A stretch of DNA of 41,192 bases from an uncultured Hyphomicrobium sp. (GCA_964557265.1 CAZKZT010000002.1:1-41192); one strand, 5' to 3'. Shown: positions 1 to 9,725, counted from the first letter of the stretch. Notes: a model not told the origin generated them from the letters alone. Numbers and translations are program-made.

Positions 1-1
1 C

Positions 2-1263
<1,262 letters not shown>

Positions 1264-1270
<7 letters not shown>

Positions 1271-1305
1271 GCCGATCGGCTGGTTGGGCCGAAAAGGCCT
1301 AGTCC
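1264..1305 (+). terminator. Stem-loop over the ntrC stop (possible weak terminator or stabiliser)
   Basis: GGGCTAGGCC (1264-1273) pairs with GGCCTAGTCC (1296-1305; one G-U). No U-tract. Confidence 0.3.
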
Positions 1306-1336
1306 GGATTGTCCACAGATTTGCATTCTAGGGCTC

Positions 1337-1420
1337 TCACACTAATGTGTGACAGCGCTCAGTCGCCAGAAAGTCACATTGTGTGGCATATTGGCGTCCT
1401 GGCCGTTGCGGCAGATGCGC
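1337..1420. promoter_or_regulatory. Cluster of dyad-symmetric candidate regulator sites upstream of ntrY
   Basis: Perfect TCACAC-TAAT-GTGTGA (1337-1352). Imperfect inverted pair CGCCAGAAAGTCACA (1364-1378) / TGTGGCATATTGGCG (1382-1396). TGCGGCAGATGCGC (1407-1420). The latter sites resemble RegA/RegR/PrrA boxes. Confidence 0.4.
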
Positions 1421-1471
1421 GGCCAGCTTGCCAATGTGCGAGGCTTCGGGCCGGTCGATTGATTGGTCCGC

Positions 1472-1500
1472 ATGTCAAGTTATTGGTAAAGCAATATAAT
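1472..1500 (+). promoter_or_regulatory. Candidate sigma70 promoter for ntrYX
   Basis: ATGTCA-N17-TATAAT; perfect -10 at 1495-1500 in an AT-rich patch. Confidence 0.45.
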
Positions 1501-1624
1501 ACTGGTCGATCCGAAGCTTTGTCGATGCCTTCGCGGGCGTTCTTGCGCATAGAGCTTCGCTGATACGAGCTGCCGTCAAGGATCGCGCCGAGGCGCTCGA
1601 CGGCTAACATAAAAAACGCGGGAC

Positions 1625-3985
1625 ATGGCCACTCAGGAGAACATCAACCGACGCTCGCTCCTCTCTGGCGTCCCTGAATCGGGACTGCCCGGTTCGAGCC
1701 CGCGCGCGTTCTGGTTTGGCCTCGCGATCGTCGTGCTGTCGCTGGTTTCCGGGCTCGCGACCTACCTCATTCTGACGGGGCTGACGCCGATCGCGCCGCG
1801 CAACGATGTCGTGCTGCTGGTGCTGATGGTCAACGTGGCGGTGATCATCGCCATGCTCGCGGTGATCGGCACGCACGCGGTTGGCCTGTGGCGTGCCTGG
1901 CGGAACAAACTTGCCGGCGCCCGCGTCCATATCCGTATCGTTCTGCTGTTCACGCTGATCTCGGCGCTGCCGGCGCTGCTGCTCGCCCTCGCCGCCACCA
2001 CGACATTCTCGCGCTCGCTCGACAACTGGTTCACGACGCGCACCCGCACCATTGTCGCCAACTCTCTCGACGTCGCGCGTGCCTATGTCGCCGAGCACGG
2101 CCACGTGATCCGCACCGACCTCGTCAACATGGCCAAGGATCTCGACGACGCGATCGCGCCCGATGTGACCAATCCGACGACCGTCGATGCGTGGCGCAAC
2201 CTCGTGCTCGCCCAGGCCGGCCTCAGGGATCTGGCCCTGGTAGCGGTCATCGATGGCAAGGGCACGGTCGTCTTCTCGACCGAGATGAACGGCGGCGTCA
2301 TCTACGAGCCACCGTCCAGCGAAACGATCGGGCAGGCGGAAGCCGGGCACATCCCGCTGTTGCTGCCGACAGACTCCTACCGGATCGCTGCCCTCACCAA
2401 GTTACAGAAATTTCCCGGCCACTATCTCTATGGGGCGCGCCGCGTCAGTCCGCGGGTCGTTGGCCATCTACGCCGCACCGAAGCAAGCGTTGCCGAGTAC
2501 GAGCGGCTGCTGCAGGCGCGCGGTGGGCTCAAGCTCGTCCACGGCCTCATGTACTTCATGCTGTCGCTGACCGGCGTGCTGGCGGCGATCTGGGTTGGTT
2601 TGTGGTTCGCGAGCCAGCTTGTCGCGCCGATCCGCCGACTGATCCGCGCCGCGCAGCAGGTGGCCAAAGGCGATCTCAGCGTCGAGCTGCCGCTCAACCG
2701 CGGCGAAGGTGACTTGCGGCGCCTGTCCAACGATTTCAACCTGATGACGCGTGAACTCGATCGCCAACGCAGCGCGCTCGTCGCCGTCAACGATCAGCTC
2801 GACGAGCGCCGCCGGTTCATGGAAGCGATGCTGTCGGGCGTCAGCGCCGGCGTGATCGGTATAGACTCTGCCGGTATCGTGCGTATCGCCAATCCGTCCG
2901 CCGAGCGCCTGGTCGGGCTCAAGGCCGATGATCTGATCGGCCGCCCGCTGCTCGAGGCGATCCCCGCGATGGGGCAGCACTGTGTGGAAGCCGCCGAACA
3001 CACGCACAAGGGGCGTTCCCACGGCCAGATCACCATGATGGTCGGCGATGAAGAGCGCGTGTTTGCCGTCCAGATGACGAAAGAGCAGGCCGAGGATAGC
3101 GAACAGAAGACCGGCCAGGACGAAGGCAGCGTCGTCACCTTCGATGACATCACCGAGCTGATCGTCGCGCAGCGCACATCGGCGTGGGGAGATGTGGCGC
3201 GCCGCATCGCACACGAGATCAAGAACCCGCTGACGCCGATCCAGCTTTCCGCCGAGCGTATCCGCCGCAAGTACGGCCGCGTGATCAACGAGGATCGCGA
3301 GACGTTCGAGAAGCTCACCGACACCATCGTGCGGCAGGTCGGCGATATCAAAACGATGGTCGACGAGTTCGCCGCGTTCGCACGCGTGCCGCAGCCGACG
3401 TTCGGTCTCCACGATATCCGCGAGGTGGTGCAGGAGCCGATGATCCAGTATCGCGAGTCACATGCGACGCTGGCTTACGAGATGGAGCTGCCGTCGAGTC
3501 CGGTCAATGTCCAGTGCGACAGCCGGTTGCTGGCGCAGGCGCTGACCAATCTCGTCAAGAACGCGACCGAAGCCGTGCAGACGCGCGCCGAGGCCGCGGA
3601 CGCACCCGCCGGGTTTCGCGGACGCGTGCGGGCTGTTGTCGCGAGCGACGGCGAGCGGGTGACCATCGAAGTCATCGACAACGGCCCCGGCCTGCCGAAA
3701 CAGAACCGTTCCAAACTGCTCGAGCCGTACGTCACGACGAAGGGCCGCAAAGGCACCGGCCTCGGCCTCGCGATCGTGCAGAAGATCGTCGAGCAGCACG
3801 GCGGGACACTGGCGCTCGATGACGCACCAGCCGACAGCGATGGCGTACAGGCTGGCGCGCGGATCAGCATCACGCTACCTCTTGGCCGCGCCGCGGCCAG
3901 GACCAACGACGACACCGAGGCGTCTGAGCAGCCGGTGACGCTGCGCTCGCGCCAGACCGCATTGACCACAGCATTGAGCAACTAG
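1625..3985 (+). CDS. ntrY: Sensor histidine kinase NtrY (TM, HAMP, PAS, HisKA, HATPase)
   Basis: N-terminal TM helices, HAMP, PAS, H-box AWGDVARRIAHEIKNPLTPIQLSAE, G boxes DNGPG and GTGLGL. Between ntrC and ntrX. Confidence 0.93.
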   Translation: MATQENINRRSLLSGVPESGLPGSSPRAFWFGLAIVVLSLVSGLATYLILTGLTPIAPRNDVVLLVLMVNVAVIIAMLAVIGTHAVGLWRAWRNKLAGARVHIRIVLLFTLISALPALLLALAATTTFSRSLDNWFTTRTRTIVANSLDVARAYVAEHGHVIRTDLVNMAKDLDDAIAPDVTNPTTVDAWRNLVLAQAGLRDLALVAVIDGKGTVVFSTEMNGGVIYEPPSSETIGQAEAGHIPLLLPTDSYRIAALTKLQKFPGHYLYGARRVSPRVVGHLRRTEASVAEYERLLQARGGLKLVHGLMYFMLSLTGVLAAIWVGLWFASQLVAPIRRLIRAAQQVAKGDLSVELPLNRGEGDLRRLSNDFNLMTRELDRQRSALVAVNDQLDERRRFMEAMLSGVSAGVIGIDSAGIVRIANPSAERLVGLKADDLIGRPLLEAIPAMGQHCVEAAEHTHKGRSHGQITMMVGDEERVFAVQMTKEQAEDSEQKTGQDEGSVVTFDDITELIVAQRTSAWGDVARRIAHEIKNPLTPIQLSAERIRRKYGRVINEDRETFEKLTDTIVRQVGDIKTMVDEFAAFARVPQPTFGLHDIREVVQEPMIQYRESHATLAYEMELPSSPVNVQCDSRLLAQALTNLVKNATEAVQTRAEAADAPAGFRGRVRAVVASDGERVTIEVIDNGPGLPKQNRSKLLEPYVTTKGRKGTGLGLAIVQKIVEQHGGTLALDDAPADSDGVQAGARISITLPLGRAAARTNDDTEASEQPVTLRSRQTALTTALSN

Positions 3986-4002
3986 AGTCGAGGGAACAAT
4001 CG

Positions 4003-5382
4003 ATGGCAGCCGACATTCTGATCGTCGATGACGAGGCGGATATCCGCGATCTTGTCTCCGGCATCCTGGAGGACGAGGGCCATTCAACGCGTCTGGCACG
4101 TGATGCCGACGAAGGGTTGAAAGCCATCGAGGAGCGCCGTCCGCATCTCGTGATCCTGGACATCTGGCTGCAAGGCAGCCGCCTCGATGGTCTCGAGATG
4201 CTGTCGGCGATCAAGAAGGCGCATCCCGATCTGCCGGTCGTGATCATCTCCGGTCACGGCAACATCGAAACCGCCGTGACGGCGATCCGGCGCGGAGCCT
4301 ACGACTACATCGAGAAGCCGTTCAAGGCCGATCGCCTGATCCTCGTGACGCTGCGGGCGCTCGAAGCGTCGCAGTTGCGCCGTGAGGTGAAGACGCTGCG
4401 TGAGCGCTCGGTGCAAAGCTCGGAGATGGTCGGCAAGTCGGCGGCGATCAATCAGCTGCGCAATCAGATCGACCGCGTCTCCCCGACCAACAGCCGCATC
4501 CTGATCCGTGGCGCGTCGGGTTCCGGCAAGGAACTCGCCGCCCGTGTGATCCATGCGAAGTCGAGCCGCGCCGACGGCCCGTTCATTGTCCTCAATGCTG
4601 CGGCCATGGCGCCGGATCGCGTCGAGGAGGAGCTGTTCGGCACCGAGGATCGCTCCGGCCCGCGCAAAGTTGGCGCGCTCGAAGAGGCACACGGCGGCAC
4701 GCTCTACATCGATGAAATCGCCGACATGCCGATGGAAACCCAGGGCAAGGTGTTGCGCGTTCTGGTCGAGCAGAAATTCCAGCGCCTCGGCGGCGGGCCG
4801 AAGGTCGCCGTCGACGTCCGCATCGTATCGTCGACGAGCCGCGATCTCGAACGCGAGATGCAGGAAGAGCGCTTCCGCAACGATCTTTATCATCGTCTCA
4901 ACGTGGTGCCGCTGCGTGTGCCGAGCCTCGCCGAGCGGCGTGACGACATTCCGGCGCTGATCGAATACTTCGTGCAGCAGGTTGCGACCGCTTCCGGTCT
5001 CTCGCCGCGCCGCATTGGCGACGATGCCGTTGCCGTGCTTCAGGCCCATGATTGGCCGGGCAACGTGCGTGAGCTTCGCAACAACATCGAGCGCTTGATG
5101 ATCCTCGCCGGCGGCGATCCCGGCACGATGATCACGGCCGACATGCTGCCGGAGGAGATCGGATCGAACGTGCCATTGCCGGTGAATGGCGGCGCCGAGC
5201 ACCTGATGTCGCTGCCGCTGCGTGAGGCGCGCGAGATTTTCGAGCGTGAGTACCTGCTGGCCCAGATCAATCGCTTCGGCGGCAATATCTCGCGCACGGC
5301 GGAGTTTGTCGGCATGGAACGCTCGGCGTTGCACCGCAAGCTGCGCGCGCTCGGCGTCGGTTCCGAGCAGCGAGCTTCTTAA
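4003..5382 (+). CDS. ntrX: Response regulator NtrX (REC-AAA+-HTH; GAFTGA absent)
   Basis: MAADILIVDDE, LDIWLQGSRLDG, GASGSGKE; ELFGTEDRSGPRKVG replaces the GAFTGA loop; C-terminal GNISRTAEFVGMERSALHRKL. Confidence 0.95.
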   Translation: MAADILIVDDEADIRDLVSGILEDEGHSTRLARDADEGLKAIEERRPHLVILDIWLQGSRLDGLEMLSAIKKAHPDLPVVIISGHGNIETAVTAIRRGAYDYIEKPFKADRLILVTLRALEASQLRREVKTLRERSVQSSEMVGKSAAINQLRNQIDRVSPTNSRILIRGASGSGKELAARVIHAKSSRADGPFIVLNAAAMAPDRVEEELFGTEDRSGPRKVGALEEAHGGTLYIDEIADMPMETQGKVLRVLVEQKFQRLGGGPKVAVDVRIVSSTSRDLEREMQEERFRNDLYHRLNVVPLRVPSLAERRDDIPALIEYFVQQVATASGLSPRRIGDDAVAVLQAHDWPGNVRELRNNIERLMILAGGDPGTMITADMLPEEIGSNVPLPVNGGAEHLMSLPLREAREIFEREYLLAQINRFGGNISRTAEFVGMERSALHRKLRALGVGSEQRAS

Positions 5383-5383
5383 G

Positions 5384-5628
5384 TTGCCGCGGTCGCGTAT
5401 GTCATCGTGCAGGAGGCGCGTCTTCGACACGACGGCTATACGTGCCGCGGAACTGCCTCGCCGGTTGGAGAGTCATCTCGCGGCCTTCGGGCGCGACTAG
5501 ATACTTCATCCAGGCGTAGGAAGGTGCGATTTTGAATCTGCTGTAGCGGCCGAAGGCCGCGAGGCGAGAATGCAACCGAGAGGCAGTCCCGCGGCGCCGG
5601 TAGGCGAAGCCGTCGGCGACCGCGGCAA
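5384..5628. repeat. Nested inverted-repeat element (copy 1 of a REP/REPIN-like family; core 5442-5597) filling the ntrX-hemH intergenic region
   Basis: Helices read by eye: 5384-5396/5616-5628 (13 bp perfect); 5442-5459/5580-5597 (17/18 incl. G-U); 5462-5467/5573-5578; 5476-5490/5550-5564 (15 bp incl. G-U). GTAG at 5543 is followed by GCGGCC-GAA-GGCCGC. Homologous to 15985-16129. Confidence 0.8.
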
Positions 5629-5637
5629 GAAAGAACC

Positions 5638-6678
5638 ATGCAACGCGAGCAGCCAGCACCGGTTACCTCTGACGATCACGCGTCCGCGCCGTCCGGCAAG
5701 GTCGGCGTGCTTCTGCTCAATCTCGGCACGCCCGATGCGACCGATTACTGGTCGATGCGCCGCTACCTCAAGGAGTTTCTGTCCGACCGCCGCGTCATCG
5801 AGGAGCCGCGCTGGAAGTGGTGGCCGATCCTCAATCTGATCATTCTGACCAAACGGCCGGGACCCAAGGGGCGGGATTACGACTCGATCTGGAACAAGGA
5901 CCGCGACGAAGGTCCGCTGAAGACGATCACGCGCGCGCAGGCTGAGCAACTTGCTGCGCGGCTCGCAGACAATCCGCGCATCGTCGTCGACTGGGGCATG
6001 CGCTACGCCAATCCGACCACCGCGAGCCGGCTGCAGGCACTCTTGGCGCAAGGCTGTGATCGCATCCTCATCGTGCCGCTCTATCCGCAGTACGCCGCCG
6101 CGACGACGGCAACGGCGTGCGATCAGGCATTTCGCGCTTTGATGGATATGCGCTGGCAGCCTGCGGTGCGCGTGGCGCCGCCATGGTACGATGATCCCGG
6201 CTATATTCGAGCGCTCGCGGCGTCGATGCGCGGCAATCTCGCGAAGCTCGATTTTGAGCCGGAGCGTATCATTGCGACGTTTCACGGTATGCCCGAGAAA
6301 TATCGCGATCAGGGCGATCCCTATTACGTGCAATGCCTGGAAACATCGCGTCTCCTGCGTGAGGAGATGGGCTTCGACGCCTCCCGCTGGCTCACGACAT
6401 TCCAGTCCCGTTTCGGCAATGATGTATGGCTCCAGCCTTATACCGATGAAACTGTGAAGCGGCTCGCGCGCGAAGGCGTGCGCCGGCTCGCTCTGATTGC
6501 GCCGGGTTTCTCCGCCGATTGCCTCGAGACACTCGAAGAACTCGACGTCGAGAACCGCGGCTACTTCATGGAAAACGGTGGCGAGAAGTACGCCTACCTG
6601 CCCGCGCTCAACGATACCGCCGAAGGAATCGCGGTGATCGAGGGCGTTGTGCGGCGCGAACTCCAGGGATGGGTTTGA
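5638..6678 (+). CDS. hemH: Ferrochelatase
   Basis: GVLLLNLGTPD, YLKEFLSDRRVIE, MRYANP, PLYPQYAAATT, FHGMP, FQSRFG, WLQPYT, DCLETLEEL. Confidence 0.96.
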   Translation: MQREQPAPVTSDDHASAPSGKVGVLLLNLGTPDATDYWSMRRYLKEFLSDRRVIEEPRWKWWPILNLIILTKRPGPKGRDYDSIWNKDRDEGPLKTITRAQAEQLAARLADNPRIVVDWGMRYANPTTASRLQALLAQGCDRILIVPLYPQYAAATTATACDQAFRALMDMRWQPAVRVAPPWYDDPGYIRALAASMRGNLAKLDFEPERIIATFHGMPEKYRDQGDPYYVQCLETSRLLREEMGFDASRWLTTFQSRFGNDVWLQPYTDETVKRLAREGVRRLALIAPGFSADCLETLEELDVENRGYFMENGGEKYAYLPALNDTAEGIAVIEGVVRRELQGWV

Positions 6679-7037
6679 ACCTCATCAGTGCTTTCTGCGT
6701 CTCAGTTGAGACGACGGATCATGCGCGCTCGAAGCTGGGTCTCCGCTGAAGCGCTGCCATCGTGAGCCCGCGTCACGATCGCGACTGAAGCGGGGGATTA
6801 CCATGGCAAATGCGGTTATCGAATCGGCTGGTTGTGACAACATCCGGAGTTCGTTGGTTTCATCGCCTTTCCCGATCCGAGCGCGCCAATTTTGCCAAAT
6901 CCGGGAGTTTTCGGGTTTTTTTATTTCCGGCAAACGTCCCATTTATCATTCGTTTACCTACTTTTGTCTGTTTCGGTAGGGAGCAAAATCAGAGATTCGC
7001 GCAGCATTCGGCAAACGCCCGTGAAAGGACCTGAGCA

Positions 7038-8081
7038 ATGGACCCCAATTACTTCGGTGGATTTGAGATCTTCGGCCTGCTCCTTATCGTCCTCGCGGCG
7101 GTAGCGCTCTGGTCGACCGTGAAGGTGGTGCCTCAAGGCTTCAACTGGACAATCGAGAATTTCGGCCGCTACACGCGAACGCTGACGCCCGGCCTGCACA
7201 TCCTGATCCCGGTGATGGAGCGGGTGGGCTACAAGATGAACATGAAAGAGCAGGTGATGGAGATCCCGAGCCAGGATGTCATCACGCGCGACAACGCCAT
7301 GGTCCGCGTCGACGGCGTGACGTACTTTCAGGTCCTCAGCGCGGCCAAGGCGGCCTACGAGGTCGAGGGTCTCGAAGCGGCGATCATCAACCTGACGATG
7401 ACGAACATCCGCACCGTCATGGGTTCGATGGACCTCGACGAATTGCTCTCCAACCGCGACACGATCAACGCCAAACTGCTCGACGTCGTCGATCATGCGA
7501 CCGAGGCGTGGGGCGTGAAGGTGACACGCATCGAGATCAAGGACATCGCGCCGCCGCGCGATCTCGTCGACTCGATGGCCCGTCAGATGAAGGCAGAGCG
7601 TGAAAAGCGCGCCCAGATCCTCGAGTCCGAAGGTCTGCGCGAAGCCGCGATCCTGAAGGCGCAGGGCGATCGGCAAGCCGACATCCTCCGGGCCGAAGGC
7701 GAGAAGCAGGCGGCCGTCCTCGCCGCCGAAGGCAAGAAGGAAGCGGCGTTCCGTGAGGCCGAAGCCCGCGAGCGCGCCGCGCAGGCCGAAGCGGAAGCCA
7801 CCCGGATGGTCTCGCAGGCGATCGCAGCCGGTGACGTGCAGGCGATCAACTACTTCGTTGCGAACAACTATGTGAAGGCGCTCGAGCAGATTGCGCGCTC
7901 GCCAAACCAGAAAGTTCTGATGATGCCGCTCGAGGCGTCGTCCGTGATTGGCTCGCTGGCCGGTATCGCCGAAATCGCGGGCGCGGCGTTCAGCGGTAGG
8001 GACGGTTCATCCCCGCAGCGCCCCGTGGGCGGCGGTGGTGGCGGCCGTCATGTCGGCAGCAGCGTGCCGCGCACCGGCTGA
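7038..8081 (+). CDS. SPFH/Band 7 (QmcA/paraslipin-like) membrane protein
   Basis: N-terminal TM; VPQG..WTIE.FGRY, VITRDNA, WGVKVTRIEIKDI, QMKAEREKRA coiled coil; SD AAGGA. Confidence 0.92.
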   Translation: MDPNYFGGFEIFGLLLIVLAAVALWSTVKVVPQGFNWTIENFGRYTRTLTPGLHILIPVMERVGYKMNMKEQVMEIPSQDVITRDNAMVRVDGVTYFQVLSAAKAAYEVEGLEAAIINLTMTNIRTVMGSMDLDELLSNRDTINAKLLDVVDHATEAWGVKVTRIEIKDIAPPRDLVDSMARQMKAEREKRAQILESEGLREAAILKAQGDRQADILRAEGEKQAAVLAAEGKKEAAFREAEARERAAQAEAEATRMVSQAIAAGDVQAINYFVANNYVKALEQIARSPNQKVLMMPLEASSVIGSLAGIAEIAGAAFSGRDGSSPQRPVGGGGGGRHVGSSVPRTG

Positions 8082-8091
8082 TCCAAAAATC

Positions 8092-8117
8092 AGGCCCGGC
8101 GGCGCCGCCGGGCCTAC
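8092..8117. repeat. Perfect 24-bp palindrome, GTAG-led on the minus strand (REP-like or terminator-like)
   Basis: AGGCCCGGCGGC|GCCGCCGGGCCT (8092-8115). Minus strand reads GTAGGCCCGG...GGGCCTGATTTTT. Confidence 0.6.
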
Positions 8118-8206
8118 GCTCCTCGCCCACTCTGCAGTAGTCTGAAGTGGCGCCGCGGCGTGTCGGTGCGCTTGGCCCCACTTTGCAACCATCGAAGGTC
8201 CGCGCC

Positions 8207-8656
8207 ATGATCGCTTTCCTGTCCGGCCTCGGGCCCTGGAACTGGCTCATCTTCGCTCTGATCCTCTACGCGCTCGAAGCCATCGTTCCGGGTGTCAATC
8301 TGGTCTGGTTCGGCACGGCGGCGCTCGTTGTCGGGATGCTCGTCTTCGCGACCGGCATCACATGGCCATGGCAGCTCGTCATCTTCGCCGCGATCTCGAT
8401 CTGCACGGCTTTCGCTGTCCGCAAGTTCGCCCGTTCGCGGACGCACGTGAGCGATGTTCCCGATCTCAACGTGCGCGGCCATCAGTACATCGGCCGCGAG
8501 TTCGTCGTCGCCGAAGCGATCAAGGGCGGCCGCGGGCGCATTCGTGTAGGCGATACGCTGTGGCAGGCTGAGGGTGAGGATCTGCCAGCCGGCACGCGCG
8601 TGCGGGTCAAGTCCGTGAATGATGCGGTGCTGATGGTGGAGCCGGTTGCGACTTGA
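8207..8656 (+). CDS. NfeD family protein (YbbJ-like)
   Basis: WNWLIFALIL..LE...PG..LVWFG TM region; LNVRGHQYIGR and GRIRVGDTLW OB-fold. Follows the SPFH gene. ATG 8207 preferred over GTG 8147. Confidence 0.9.
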   Translation: MIAFLSGLGPWNWLIFALILYALEAIVPGVNLVWFGTAALVVGMLVFATGITWPWQLVIFAAISICTAFAVRKFARSRTHVSDVPDLNVRGHQYIGREFVVAEAIKGGRGRIRVGDTLWQAEGEDLPAGTRVRVKSVNDAVLMVEPVAT

Positions 8657-9101
8657 GCGGTGCCGCGTGTCGCGTCCTGACAAAGAACCCGGCGGCTTCA
8701 TCTGGTTGGTTGGTCTGATCGATCTCGTGTTGCCATGGATCGGCGTGCCGTTGGCTCTCGCCGGTCTCTTCATGAGCGTGCGCGGTTACGACAACGGCTG
8801 GTGGATCCTTTCGCTCGGCGTTGCGATGCTCATCGCCGACCTGCTTCTCACGCTCCTCTGGGCGCGCCCGGCGGGGAAGCGCACGGACGAGCCGGCGCTC
8901 AACCGGCGAAGCGCGCAGTACATCGGCCGCAAAGTGCTCGTTGTCGAAAGTCTTGTCGGCGGTGAGGGCAAAGTCCGCGTCGCGGATACGCTATGGCGGG
9001 TGTGCGGGCCGGACTGTCCGAGCGGCACCTGGGTGAAGATCGTCGATATCGAAGGCACCCGTCTGGTGGTCGAGCTGATCTCCGAGGCTGGCGACGAATA
9101 G
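8646..9101 (+). CDS. Second NfeD family protein with divergent N-terminus (start uncertain, 8646 or 8667)
   Basis: LNRRSAQYIGR, GKVRVADTLWRV.GPD.P.G..V; about 2 TM segments. Confidence 0.8.
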   Translation: MRLERCRVSRPDKEPGGFIWLVGLIDLVLPWIGVPLALAGLFMSVRGYDNGWWILSLGVAMLIADLLLTLLWARPAGKRTDEPALNRRSAQYIGRKVLVVESLVGGEGKVRVADTLWRVCGPDCPSGTWVKIVDIEGTRLVVELISEAGDE

Positions 9102-9186
9102 CCGGCCTCTTCAGCAGTCTCTGACTTGCACGCGTTGTGTTCGGTGTCGTGCAGCGTGCCGTCTGCGGTAATTGACTTGCCAATGA

Positions 9187-9198
9187 CTGCATATGCAG
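9187..9198. promoter_or_regulatory. Putative MarR operator 1
   Basis: Perfect palindrome CTGCATATGCAG just downstream of TTGACT (9172-9177), upstream of the MarR gene. Identical copy at 9697. Confidence 0.7.
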
Positions 9199-9211
9199 AT
9201 ATGTGGACACC

Positions 9212-9661
9212 ATGGAGCATGAGGCGTCACAGCAGCCGCGACGGCCGAAGGGGTGCACGGCGATGCGCCTCAGGAAGGCGGCGCGCCGCGTCTCGCAGAT
9301 CTATGATCGCCACCTCGAACCGACGGGCCTGACGATCACGCAATTCGGCGTGCTCGCTGCGGTCCGCGGCGGCGAGCGCATGGCGATCGGTCCGCTGGCC
9401 GAGCAGCTCTGCATGGATCCGACCACGCTGACGCGCAACCTTCGGCCGCTGCATCGCCAGGGGCTCGTGATCATCGAGCCCGATTGTCGCGATCGGCGGG
9501 TGCGCTGGGTCAGCCTCTCCGCTGCCGGCCGGCAGGCGTTCGAGGACGCGCGTCCGCATTGGCGCGAAGCCCAGAACCACATTCGCAAACTCGTCGGCGA
9601 TGACGAGACCGCGCAACTGCACGAGTCTCTCGACTGCTTCCTCGAACGCTCCTCCGAATAA
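9212..9661 (+). CDS. MarR family transcriptional regulator
   Basis: CTAMRLRKAARRVSQIYD, GLTITQF, LAEQLCMDPTTLTRNL, DRR wing motif. Start is ATG 9212 or GTG 9203. Confidence 0.92.
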   Translation: MEHEASQQPRRPKGCTAMRLRKAARRVSQIYDRHLEPTGLTITQFGVLAAVRGGERMAIGPLAEQLCMDPTTLTRNLRPLHRQGLVIIEPDCRDRRVRWVSLSAAGRQAFEDARPHWREAQNHIRKLVGDDETAQLHESLDCFLERSSE

Positions 9662-9696
9662 CCGACATGCAAAGCACGCTGGCGCATCCCCAGTAT

Positions 9697-9708
9697 CTGC
9701 ATATGCAG
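9697..9708. promoter_or_regulatory. Putative MarR operator 2
   Basis: Second CTGCATATGCAG, 17 nt before the PaaI ATG. Confidence 0.7.
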
Positions 9709-9725
9709 GAAATGGAACAACGACC

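Noticed and set aside
4600..4680. Missing GAFTGA in NtrX taken as a sign of pseudogenisation
   Set aside because: This is a known feature of alphaproteobacterial NtrX.
5384..5628. Retron msr-msd ncRNA (terminal 13-bp inverted repeat, G at 5397 next to it, long internal stem)
   Set aside because: No reverse transcriptase in the window, the downstream gene is hemH, and the core recurs at 15985-16129 without the outer repeat.
5384..5628. 6S RNA, SRP RNA or NiCo riboswitch
   Set aside because: No conserved primary motifs or usual gene context recognised. Pairing is explained by inverted repeat units. An Rfam search is needed to exclude these formally.
6803..6979. About 58-codon small ORF (MANAVIESAG...) in the hemH-SPFH gap
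   Set aside because: AT-rich codon usage unlike neighbouring genes and no recognisable domain.
8173..8187. Sigma54 promoter TGGCCCCACTTTGCA before NfeD
   Set aside because: GG-to-GC spacing is 1 nt short of the strict -24/-12 requirement.
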